This document shows, in pieces, positions 17,429 to 26,046 of a stretch of 64,000 nucleotides of DNA. The stretch is from Minisyncoccota bacterium. Its GTDB lineage: Bacteria; Patescibacteriota; Minisyncoccia; Phycocordibacterales; UBA6065. The DNA lies in assembly GCA_041661645.1 (NCBI GenBank), contig JBAZUA010000001.1, forward strand, positions 125,074 through 189,073. Direction: 5' to 3'. The notes under the pieces are model-generated. The model made no database searches, was not told where the DNA came from, and saw nothing but the letters and a program-made list of their open reading frames with translations. Within the stretch, counting starts at the first letter, position 1. Each line of letters opens with the position of its first letter. The translations under genes were made by a program, and so were the position numbers.

Positions 17429-18148
17429 TTAACTTCCCGCAAAAGAAGTCTGATAGATCCGCAGGTTATCGATTAGACCAGTGTATCCTGGTCCAATAAA
17501 GACATTTGTCTGCCAATTGAAATCAGAATTTGCCTTTGTCCCCTTGAGTACCCGATTCCCATCAATATATATTTCTTGCCCTCCCGTCAATCCTCCGTAC
17601 GTATGCACGAGATGGTGCCATTTGGCATCCGCATAGTTTTTTCCCGTGCTCAACAGTGTCTCCAGTGACCATATTCTTGAAGAGACATTACCCGCATTAA
17701 GACTGATTTCTCGATCATTACCAGAACTGTTCACTTGGTAAAAAAGCGCGTTTGCAGAGGAGGTCTTAAACCAAAAACTTACAAGATATGAGGTCTCTGA
17801 GACATTCAACGTTGCATTGAGGTATCCAGAACCACTAAATGAGATTGATTTCTGACTGCGATTAGGCGTATCGCTCGAATAACTTACCGAACCGGAAACA
17901 ATGGCGACCGGGGCGTTTGACACATTGTCTGAGACAGTGTTTTCAAAAGACTCTTCAAACTGAAGCTCGTCACCACGAGCATTCAATATGGACGATTCAA
18001 ATAAAAGACCTCGAGCGATCAACGCTTTGTCCCGGGCGTCTCGTAAAGACGCAAGGACCGTTGAACTCAAAAGGCCTATGATTGAAACGACAACAAGAAG
18101 TTCAATGAGTGTAAATCCCTTTTTAGAACCTTTCGACATGTTAGACAC
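17429..18148 (-). CDS. Type IV pilin-like (prepilin-type N-terminal cleavage/methylation) protein with LamG/concanavalin-like C-terminal domain
   Basis: N-terminus KGFTLIELLVVVSIIGLL matches the class III signal. The beta-rich C-terminal 180 aa end with NLRIY. Confidence 0.7.
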   Translation of the reverse strand: MSNMSKGSKKGFTLIELLVVVSIIGLLSSTVLASLRDARDKALIARGLLFESSILNARGDELQFEESFENTVSDNVSNAPVAIVSGSVSYSSDTPNRSQKSISFSGSGYLNATLNVSETSYLVSFWFKTSSANALFYQVNSSGNDREISLNAGNVSSRIWSLETLLSTGKNYADAKWHHLVHTYGGLTGGQEIYIDGNRVLKGTKANSDFNWQTNVFIGPGYTGLIDNLRIYQTSFAGS

Positions 18149-18244
18149 ATTATATGTAAAAACGCTCTCTCATGCGACACGTAGTTGCACAATCTCCTTT
18201 TTGCAACACCCTTGTGCAGGAGCCTGTGTCTATTAGTTTTTTAC

Positions 18245-19258
18245 CTATCTCTTCGAAATGATCGTCTTCTTGTACACCTCGAGATGCTCGAGAGCGATGC
18301 CGGTTCCCTTGGCCACGCAATACAATGGGTCCTCGGCGAGAACAGCCTTTACGCCGGTGCGACGGAAGACGAGCTCGGGAAGGTTACGCAGCATGGACGA
18401 GCCGCCGGTCATGATGATGCCGCTGTCGATGATGTCGGCGGCGAGTTCCGGCGGGGTGTCCTGAAGCACGTCCTTGATGGCCTTTATCATGTCGCGAAGC
18501 TCGCGGGTGATTGCCTTGACCACCTCGTTTGACTTGAGCTCGGTCGAGCGCGGAAGGCCCGAGATGAAGTCACGGCCCTTGATGGTCATCGAAAGCTCCT
18601 CTTCCAAAGGGACTGCCGAACCAATCTGTATCTTTATGTTCTCTGACGTCTTGTCTCCGATGGCGAGATTGAAGGTCTTCTTTATGTAATCGGCGATGGC
18701 GGCGTCTATCCTGTTGCCGGCGCATTTTACTGAGGTCGAGGCGACGATGCCGCCGAGGGAGATAACGGCGACGTCGGTGGTTCCCCCGCCGATGTCGACG
18801 ATCATGTGACCACGGGCCTCCTGAATGGGAATGCCCGCGCCGATGGCGGCGAGGATCGGCTCCTTGACCACGTAGGCGTTCTTTGCCCCGGCCTTCACGG
18901 CCGCCTCGACGACGGCACGACGCTCGGTCGAGGTGATGCCTGCGGGAACCGAGACGAGAACCTCGGGCTTGAAGATATTCCACTTGCCCAAGGCCTTGTC
19001 GATGAAGTAGCGAAGCATTGCCTCGGTCACGCGATAGTCCGCGATGACGCCGTCCTTCATGGGGCGGTAGGCGATGATGGACTCGGGGGTTCGACCGATC
19101 ATGTTCTTAGCCTCGACGCCCACCGCCAAGATCTTGTTGTCCTGCTCGGAAACAGCGACGACAGAAGGCTCGTTCAGAACAATTCCCTTTCCGGGTATGA
19201 ACACGAGGGTGTTCGCCGTGCCGAGGTCTATGCCGAGCTTTTTGGTGAAGATGGCCAT
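18245..19258 (-). CDS. Second MreB/Mbl-like actin homolog (paralog)
   Basis: 337 aa with LGIDLGTANTLVFI and DIGGGTTDVAV, about 55% identical to the mreB at 5377..6441. Confidence 0.9.
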   Translation of the reverse strand: MAIFTKKLGIDLGTANTLVFIPGKGIVLNEPSVVAVSEQDNKILAVGVEAKNMIGRTPESIIAYRPMKDGVIADYRVTEAMLRYFIDKALGKWNIFKPEVLVSVPAGITSTERRAVVEAAVKAGAKNAYVVKEPILAAIGAGIPIQEARGHMIVDIGGGTTDVAVISLGGIVASTSVKCAGNRIDAAIADYIKKTFNLAIGDKTSENIKIQIGSAVPLEEELSMTIKGRDFISGLPRSTELKSNEVVKAITRELRDMIKAIKDVLQDTPPELAADIIDSGIIMTGGSSMLRNLPELVFRRTGVKAVLAEDPLYCVAKGTGIALEHLEVYKKTIISKR

Positions 19259-19344
19259 ATGTGGCTACACTATACGCCCTTTTATGGGTTTCGCAAACAC
19301 AACAAAAATACCCGCCGAATCGGATTCGGCGGGTATAAAGAAGC

Positions 19345-19668
19345 TTATTTATCGACTTCGGCAGATCTTACTGCCTTAAGCCATTCAGGTCTCAGTATTG
19401 AAACCAAGGACCCGATTGTCGCAAGCGCAGAATAGAACGAGGCGAAAACCAGATGGAAAACACCAGACGCATTTCTATCCTTGAGGACATCGCAAAATCC
19501 AACCAGACCAAAAAACATGACAAACACGGAGAATAGCACCAGAAGCTTTATGAAAAAGGTATCAGGCACCATCGACCGCGGCACCAGCAAGACTAGGCAG
19601 ACTGCTCCCAAAAGAAACAATAGGAGGAAAACGACAAGGATCATATTCATACCAGCCCAAGCTACCAC
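19345..19668 (-). CDS. Small polytopic membrane protein, hypothetical
   Basis: 107 aa with 3 hydrophobic helices. Confidence 0.4.
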   Translation of the reverse strand: MVAWAGMNMILVVFLLLFLLGAVCLVLLVPRSMVPDTFFIKLLVLFSVFVMFFGLVGFCDVLKDRNASGVFHLVFASFYSALATIGSLVSILRPEWLKAVRSAEVDK

Positions 19669-19735
19669 CCCACACCCGACTTATCAACAGCCCCTGATTG
19701 CAGATACACATAGCATATATGCTATACTTCTTTTC

Positions 19736-21295
19736 ATGCCAAAAGAAACAAAGCCAAAGGCCCTTTCATCTATCGGCGCGATGATAGCCCGCCTCCGCGA
19801 GGACAGGCGAATGACCCAGACCGATCTCGGCGAGAAGATAGGGACCACCCAAAGCGTCATAGCCCGCATCGAGTCGGGCGACCAGAACCTCTCGACCGAG
19901 ACTCTGGCAAAGCTGTCGGCGGCGCTCGACCACGAGATCGTCTCCCTCTCAAAGGGCGGCACAGTCAACTTCCGCATCGAGGGCGGCAGAAAGCTCTCAG
20001 GCTCGATCAAGGTCCGCACCTCGAAGAACGGCGCCGTCGGCCTCATGTGCGCCTCGCTCATGAATCGCGGGACAACCGTCATCAAGAACACCCCAAAGAT
20101 AGAGGAGGTGCACCGCATCGCCGAGGTGCTCGAGTCCATCGGCGTCAAGATCGAGTGGAAGGGCCTCGACCTCCACATCACCCCGCCCGAGAAGTTCGTC
20201 ATGAAGGACATTGCCTATGACTCGGCGGCAAAAACCCGCAGCATCATCATGATGGTCGGATCGCTCATACATCGCATGAAGGAATTCGACCTCCCCCAGG
20301 CATCCGGCTGCCGCCTGGGCTCTCGCACCATAAAGCCCTACGTCTACGCCCTCGAGCATCTCGGCGTAAAGATCGAGACGACCTCCGAGTACTATCACGT
20401 ATCGCACGATGGCCTCAAGAAGAACCGCGAGATCATCATGTACGAGGCCGGCGACACCGTCACCGAGGCAGTGCTGATGGCCACGGCTCTCATCCCTGGC
20501 ACCACGACCATCAAGTTCGCCTCGGCAAACTATCAGGTGCAGGACGTCTGCTTCTACCTCGAGCTCCTCGGCGTGAAGATAGACGGAATCGGCACCTCGA
20601 CCATGACCGTGCACGGCATCGCTCCCGACAAGACGGGCGGCAAGGGAAATGGCATAAAGAAGGACGTGGAATACTTCCTTTCCGAGGACCCCATCGAGGC
20701 GATGTCACTCCTCACCGCGGCCATCGTCACCAAATCGTCAATCACCGTCGAGCGCTGCCCCATCGACTTCCTCGAACTCGAACTGCTCAAGCTCGAGAAG
20801 ATGGGCTTCAAATATAAAATCGTCAAGCGATACAAGGCCGACAACGGCTACACGAACCTGGTGGATATTCAGACCTTCGCATCGAAACTCACCGCCCTCG
20901 AGGAACACATCCATCCGCTGCCATATCCCGGCATCAACATGGACAACCTCCCCTTCTTTGCCGTCATCGGCACTCAGGCCGAGGGTCAGACATTCATACA
21001 CGACTGGGTGTACGAGGAGCGAGCCATCTATTATAAAGAACTCGACAAGATGCGAGCCGAGACCATTCTCGCCGACCCCCATCGCTTCTATGTGAAAGGC
21101 CCGACCAAGCTCAAGGCGACCGAGATCGTCTGTCCTCCCGCCCTGCGCCCTTCAGTCATCATCATGCTCGGCATGCTCGCAGCAGAAGGCACCTCGATAC
21201 TCCGCAACGTCTACAACATCAATCGAGGATACGAGGATCTTGCTGCGCGACTCAACTCGATCGGAGCAAAGATAGAGACGTTCAGGGACCTTTAA
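19736..21295 (+). CDS. murA: UDP-N-acetylglucosamine 1-carboxyvinyltransferase with N-terminal XRE-type HTH domain (fusion)
   Basis: Start MPKETKPK at 19736. Residues 10-70, IARLREDRRMTQTDLGEKIGTTQSVIARIESGDQNLSTETLAKLSAALD, form an HTH_XRE. A full MurA follows (FRIEGGRKLSGSIKVRTSKNGAVGLMCASLM... active-site Cys in PQASGCRLGSR ... INRGYEDLAARLNSIGAKIE). Confidence 0.8.
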   Translation: MPKETKPKALSSIGAMIARLREDRRMTQTDLGEKIGTTQSVIARIESGDQNLSTETLAKLSAALDHEIVSLSKGGTVNFRIEGGRKLSGSIKVRTSKNGAVGLMCASLMNRGTTVIKNTPKIEEVHRIAEVLESIGVKIEWKGLDLHITPPEKFVMKDIAYDSAAKTRSIIMMVGSLIHRMKEFDLPQASGCRLGSRTIKPYVYALEHLGVKIETTSEYYHVSHDGLKKNREIIMYEAGDTVTEAVLMATALIPGTTTIKFASANYQVQDVCFYLELLGVKIDGIGTSTMTVHGIAPDKTGGKGNGIKKDVEYFLSEDPIEAMSLLTAAIVTKSSITVERCPIDFLELELLKLEKMGFKYKIVKRYKADNGYTNLVDIQTFASKLTALEEHIHPLPYPGINMDNLPFFAVIGTQAEGQTFIHDWVYEERAIYYKELDKMRAETILADPHRFYVKGPTKLKATEIVCPPALRPSVIIMLGMLAAEGTSILRNVYNINRGYEDLAARLNSIGAKIETFRDL

Positions 21296-21308
21296 TCACA
21301 CCACCCCA

Positions 21309-22268
21309 ATGCCCAAGATCGTCACATTAGGAGGCGGAGGCGGCCATTCGCAAGTGCTCAAGGCACTCAAGGACATGCCTGACGTGGAAATAACGGCAAT
21401 CTGTCCAAGCACCGATTCGGGTGGATCAACAGGGATTCTCAGAAGAGAATACGCCGGCAAGGGCTACACGGGAGATCTCACGAAATGCGTCACCGCCCTC
21501 TGCGTGGACAAGGGACTCGCCGACGCCCTCTCGTTCAGATACGAGAAAGGATCGCTCGATGGGCATTCGGTGAAAAACATTCTCTTCCACGGCCTCGAAA
21601 AGACACAGGGTGCCGAAGAGGCCCTCAAGACCATCGGCACCATGTGCGGTCTTGGAAAGCATCGAGTCCTGCCAGTCACCACACAAGAGACGGAGCTCTG
21701 CGCCCACCTCAAGGTCGGCAAGACCGTAATTGGCGAAACAAACATAGATACGCTGGCAAGGAACCCTCTCTGGAATCCTGACAGCCACGCCATCGCCGAC
21801 ATATGTCTGAAACCAGCGGCGTCTGCGGCAAAAAATGTTCTACAGGCGATCAGGTCAGCGGATCACATCATCGTATGCCCGGGAGACCTCTATTCAAGCA
21901 TTCTGCCCGTGCTTCTTCCCAAAGGGATGAGGAAGGACCTGCGAGAGTCCAAGGCGCCCGTCACTATCATCTTGAACATCATGAACAAGAAGGGCGAAAC
22001 CGACGGATATGCCGCCGAAGACTTCATCAGAAAGATAGAAAATCACTTGGGAAGAAAGGCCACCTCCATACTCTGCAATGATGCCCCCATCCCCAAGCAG
22101 GCGCTCCTGACTTATTCGCTTGAGAACAAGACGGCACTCAGGGTACGGACCAGGCTCAAAGACAAGAGAATCATCTTCGCCCCTCTCGCAAAGATAGACG
22201 AGAAGGGCCAGCTCCTGAGCGATCCGACGGAAATACGAGAGGCTCTGAGTTTTATAAGTCATACATAA
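21309..22268 (+). CDS. YvcK/CofD-family (UPF0052) gluconeogenesis-factor-like protein
   Basis: Contains IVTLGGGGGHSQVLKALK and TDSGGSTGILR motifs. Lies between murA and glmS, as in Firmicutes yvcK. Confidence 0.75.
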   Translation: MPKIVTLGGGGGHSQVLKALKDMPDVEITAICPSTDSGGSTGILRREYAGKGYTGDLTKCVTALCVDKGLADALSFRYEKGSLDGHSVKNILFHGLEKTQGAEEALKTIGTMCGLGKHRVLPVTTQETELCAHLKVGKTVIGETNIDTLARNPLWNPDSHAIADICLKPAASAAKNVLQAIRSADHIIVCPGDLYSSILPVLLPKGMRKDLRESKAPVTIILNIMNKKGETDGYAAEDFIRKIENHLGRKATSILCNDAPIPKQALLTYSLENKTALRVRTRLKDKRIIFAPLAKIDEKGQLLSDPTEIREALSFISHT

Positions 22269-22274
22269 AAAACC

Positions 22275-24095
22275 ATGTGCGGAATATTCGCCTATGTCGG
22301 AAAGAAGGAAGCGGTGCCAGTGCTTCTCGAGGGACTGACCTCCCTTGAATATCGAGGCTATGACTCGGCAGGGATATCCGTGCCGGGATCAGGTACGGTA
22401 AAGGCTGCGGGTGCGGTTGACCAGCTCAAGGCCAAGGGGCCGGAAAGGCTCAAGGGCGCGAGCGGCATAGCCCATCTGCGCTGGGCAACCCACGGCGAGC
22501 CGACCGAGAGGAACGCGCACCCGCACAGCGACTGCTCGGGAGACATCTCCGTCGTGCATAACGGCATAGTCGAGAATTTCAGGGAACTGAAGGACCGACT
22601 GATCAGCGAGGGCCACGCGTTCGCTTCCGACACGGACACCGAGGTCATAGCACACCTCATCGAACATAATCTCAAGCAGTCAAAAGATCTCGAGTCGGCA
22701 GTCATCGCCTCCCTGCACTCCATTCGCGGAACCTACGGCCTCGTCGTCGCTTATGCGAAAGACCCATCAAAGCTCATCGTCGCCCGCATGGGCGCCCCGG
22801 TGGTGCTCGGCATCGGCGACGGCGAGCACTTCGCCGCATCAGACCCGTCGCCGATACTGAGACACACAAAGAAGGTCATATACCTCAAGGACGGAGACGT
22901 GGCGGTGATAAGCGCCCACGCGCATGACATACGAAACCTCGAAAGCACCCTCATGGAGCGCGACATAGAAACAGTGGACTGGAGCATAGACATGGCGAAG
23001 AAGGACGGCTTCGAGCATTTCATGATGAAGGAAATCATGGAGGGCCCCGAGGTGATCCGAAACACCATACGAGGGAGGCTCATCCCCGATCAAGGCATGG
23101 CAAAGCTCGGCGGACTTGAGGCGGTCGCCGACAAATTGAAGACGGCGAAGAGGTTCATCGTCGTCGGCTGCGGTACCGCGTATTATGCGGGCCTCACGGG
23201 AACCTACATGCTCGAGGAATATGCGGGCATTCCCGCCACGGCCGAGATTGGCTCTGAATTCAGGTATAAAAAACCCATCATCGACGCGGATACCGTGCTT
23301 CTGGCCATGTCGCAGTCGGGAGAGACGGCGGACACGCTCGAGGCAATACGCGAGGCAAAGCGTCGAGGCGCCCTGACCATCGGCATCGTGAACGCCGTCG
23401 GCTCGACCATAGCCCGCGAGACAGACGCCGGCATATATAATCATGCGGGACCCGAGATAGGCGTCGCCTCGACCAAGGCATTCGTGTCACAGGTTACGGC
23501 CCTCGCCCTCCTCACCCTCTTCCTCGGCAGGCAAAGGGGCATGAGCGAGGAGGCAGGGAAAGAACTGGCGCACGAAATCAGCCTCCTGCCGGATAAGATC
23601 GAGAAAATCCTGGAACAAAAAGAACTGATTCGAGAATGCGCCGAGAAATACGCGGATGCCGAGGATTTCCTCTATCTCGGAAGGAAATACAATTACGCCA
23701 TCGCCTTTGAGGGCGCGCTCAAATTAAAAGAGGTGTCGTATCTTCACGCCGAGGGCTGCGGCGCCGGCGAGATGAAGCACGGGCCGCTCGCCATGATAGA
23801 CGAGGACTTCCCCACCATGGCCATCGCCCCATCAGACAGCATGTACGAGAAGATGATGTCGAACATCCAGGAGATAAAGGCCCGCAAGGGAAAGGTCATC
23901 GTCGTGGCCACCGAGGGAAACGCCTCGATCGAGAAGCTTGCCGACGACGTGTTCTTCATACCGAAAACGCTCGAGATGCTCACGCCCATACTGGCAGTCG
24001 TCCCCCTCCAGCTCTTCGCCTATTACGCAGCCGTTGCCAAGGGCCTCAATGTGGACCGCCCGCGAAATCTGGCGAAATCGGTGACCGTTGAATAA
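22275..24095 (+). CDS. glmS: Glutamine--fructose-6-phosphate aminotransferase
   Basis: 606 aa. MCGIF N-terminal nucleophile, with two SIS domains. Confidence 0.95.
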   Translation: MCGIFAYVGKKEAVPVLLEGLTSLEYRGYDSAGISVPGSGTVKAAGAVDQLKAKGPERLKGASGIAHLRWATHGEPTERNAHPHSDCSGDISVVHNGIVENFRELKDRLISEGHAFASDTDTEVIAHLIEHNLKQSKDLESAVIASLHSIRGTYGLVVAYAKDPSKLIVARMGAPVVLGIGDGEHFAASDPSPILRHTKKVIYLKDGDVAVISAHAHDIRNLESTLMERDIETVDWSIDMAKKDGFEHFMMKEIMEGPEVIRNTIRGRLIPDQGMAKLGGLEAVADKLKTAKRFIVVGCGTAYYAGLTGTYMLEEYAGIPATAEIGSEFRYKKPIIDADTVLLAMSQSGETADTLEAIREAKRRGALTIGIVNAVGSTIARETDAGIYNHAGPEIGVASTKAFVSQVTALALLTLFLGRQRGMSEEAGKELAHEISLLPDKIEKILEQKELIRECAEKYADAEDFLYLGRKYNYAIAFEGALKLKEVSYLHAEGCGAGEMKHGPLAMIDEDFPTMAIAPSDSMYEKMMSNIQEIKARKGKVIVVATEGNASIEKLADDVFFIPKTLEMLTPILAVVPLQLFAYYAAVAKGLNVDRPRNLAKSVTVE

Positions 24096-24211
24096 ATCAA
24101 ACCTGATTCTCAAGACCAACATCTGCTCCAAAATCAACAATCTCCTGAATGTTATCAGGTGTAATTGCCGCAAGAAGTATCTCTAGCTCACTTTTGCCCA
24201 TGATAGTTTTG

Positions 24212-25012
24212 TTATTTAAGAAAATTCTTCTTAGTGACAATCGAGCGTCCGAGCTTTTTCTCTAGATTTTTCCTGGCCCCACCTGCTATCTCCCCACCAG
24301 CCTTGGCATCATCTGCAAGCTTTGGAACCCCTTTCGAATCCTCCACCCTGTGAATCTCGGTCGAGGCACGCTCTCCGAGCATGGTGAAGATAAGCTCAAA
24401 GTCATCCATGTGATCACGCAGATTCTGACGCTTGAGGCCTTTGAGTTCCTTGTATTCGCTCGGAGTAACACCGAAAGTCGCCTTTGATATCTCAGCTGTC
24501 AGAATCTCATAATCCCTTGCCTCTTGGGCACCACGCTTCTCCCATTCATCAGTAAGCTCCTCGCGAATGACGATTCCCCGCATGCGCTTCTCAATCCAAT
24601 CCTCGCTATACCCCTTTAATTTATAGAGGGTACGGGTACGCTTGGCGGCAAGTTCCGGATTCTCTATTTCCTTTACCCTTTCGAAACCGACCTTGGCCAA
24701 CCAACGCTTGAGCGGCTCCGCCTTCGGAGATGGGATGGACTGAATGATGCGAAATATTCCCTCGGTATCAGCGCAGTCTGTTTCGTATTTCTTGCCGTCT
24801 GAAGCCTCCAATTTCAGCTGTCGACAAAATGTCGACAGCTGAGCCTCATCCTCAGACTCGAGACGAGTCTTCATCCTGTACCAATAATCTCGAGGATTTT
24901 CGCTATCAGTCAAAGCGGCGATAACATCCACGACAGAAAACCACCATTCCCCGTTGTGAATGATTTTTCTAATCTTGGCCCCTTTGAATAAAGCGATATT
25001 CGTTCCTTCCAT
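24212..25012 (-). CDS. Bro-N domain protein, DNA-damage-inducible protein D (DinD)-like, phage-associated
   Basis: N-terminus IRKIIHNGEWWFSVVDVIAALTDSENPRDYWYRMK matches Bro-N. The C-terminal GVTPSEYKELKGLKRQNLRDHMDDFELIFTMLGE block is DinD-like. Local GC is lower than in the neighbours. Confidence 0.7.
   Translation of the reverse strand: MEGTNIALFKGAKIRKIIHNGEWWFSVVDVIAALTDSENPRDYWYRMKTRLESEDEAQLSTFCRQLKLEASDGKKYETDCADTEGIFRIIQSIPSPKAEPLKRWLAKVGFERVKEIENPELAAKRTRTLYKLKGYSEDWIEKRMRGIVIREELTDEWEKRGAQEARDYEILTAEISKATFGVTPSEYKELKGLKRQNLRDHMDDFELIFTMLGERASTEIHRVEDSKGVPKLADDAKAGGEIAGGARKNLEKKLGRSIVTKKNFLK
24815..24841. repeat. Perfect palindrome cagctgtcgaca-aaa-tgtcgacagctg inside the Bro-N gene
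   Basis: 12-bp arms with a 3-nt spacer, read directly. Confidence 0.8.
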
Positions 25013-25089
25013 GAGGAAAGTCTATCACGTATCACTTCCACGGCGTGATCACCAGCTATCCCCAAATTTATCAAAAATTTATATGCGTG

Positions 25090-25140
25090 CCTTTTGTTTT
25101 TGGTGGGAAACAAAAGGCTGGTTCGCGTAAGCGAACCAGC
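25090..25140 (-). terminator. Tandem hairpins (gctggttcgc-gtaa-gcgaaccagc; ccttttgttt-N8-aaacaaaagg) acting as a minus-strand terminator
   Basis: A perfect 10-bp stem is followed on the minus strand by the U-tract ccuuuuguuu, downstream of gene 25153..25830. Confidence 0.55.
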
Positions 25141-25152
25141 CGGCGACAAAAC

Positions 25153-25830
25153 TTATTCAATACCAAGCATCTCCTTCGCCTTGAGAAAACCGCTATAAGC
25201 GATACCCATATTGAACATATCGCCTGTCAGTAAGAGCAAGTTACCGACAGAACCCGAAGAAGGCATCGTTAGCTTTTGAATGAAACTCCCGATCTGGAAA
25301 AAATCATCAATAACCAATGCCCCTTGACCAATCACCAAATCTCCAGGGACACCAGAATCCTCCTCCCAAGCCACGTTGCGGTGGGCAAAGGGTAGAATAA
25401 CCTGAAGCCTATCCTTCTTGCTCTGGGGAAGAACAAGCTTGATGCGATCACCGGAAAGCTGACCGAGAACATTGATGAACCTCCCCTCCTCAACCTCGAA
25501 ACGAATAAAGGAGTTCTTGCCGGACGAGGCAATCACGATTTGATTAAAAGCAAGCGCGAAACCCAGGGGTTGAATACTAAAATCAAACAACTGCATGAGC
25601 TCATCCTCGAAAAGATTCCCCGTGGTTTGGCCTCTCTTTAAAAGCTCCCGTGAACGATTGATAAGTCGACCAAGCTCATCGGAAATGAGGCGGCCCTCCT
25701 TCCTGACGGAAAACTCCCTCATCGCGTGCCTCCTTTTAAGCTCGGCAATTTTTGCCAAACAAAGAGGTAAATCTGATAGGCTTTTCCTGGCCCCACGCTT
25801 CGACGCAGGCTTTTTTGATACAACGTTCAT
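25153..25830 (-). CDS. Hypothetical protein (225 aa), no recognisable domain
   Basis: Long ORF in the lower-GC segment. Basic N-terminus. Confidence 0.5.
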   Translation of the reverse strand: MNVVSKKPASKRGARKSLSDLPLCLAKIAELKRRHAMREFSVRKEGRLISDELGRLINRSRELLKRGQTTGNLFEDELMQLFDFSIQPLGFALAFNQIVIASSGKNSFIRFEVEEGRFINVLGQLSGDRIKLVLPQSKKDRLQVILPFAHRNVAWEEDSGVPGDLVIGQGALVIDDFFQIGSFIQKLTMPSSGSVGNLLLLTGDMFNMGIAYSGFLKAKEMLGIE

Positions 25831-26046
25831 TGTCTTATTTCTCCTTCATTTTAGTTACTGTGCATTGTGAAAAACTATCTGTCACCGATACTATACCCAA
25901 CGCCCGTAAAGTCAACGATGCAAACGGATTAGCACAAAATGGGCCCGAAAAACGACTAGTGAGCGCGACCTGCGCGAGCTCGAGGAATTTCCCACCAGGG
26001 AAATATCCGTGCGTTTTTCGGGCCCATTTTGTGCTAATCTGTAATC

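Noticed and set aside
18570-18983. 137-aa Arg/His-rich minus-strand ORF
   Set aside because: It lies on the sense strand inside the MreB paralog gene but in a different reading frame. Extreme Arg/His bias indicates a spurious frame.
22269-22274. Possible glmS ribozyme upstream of glmS
   Set aside because: Only 6 nt separate yvcK-like and glmS. There is no room for the about 170-nt ribozyme, and no conserved glmS-ribozyme core sequence in the preceding region.
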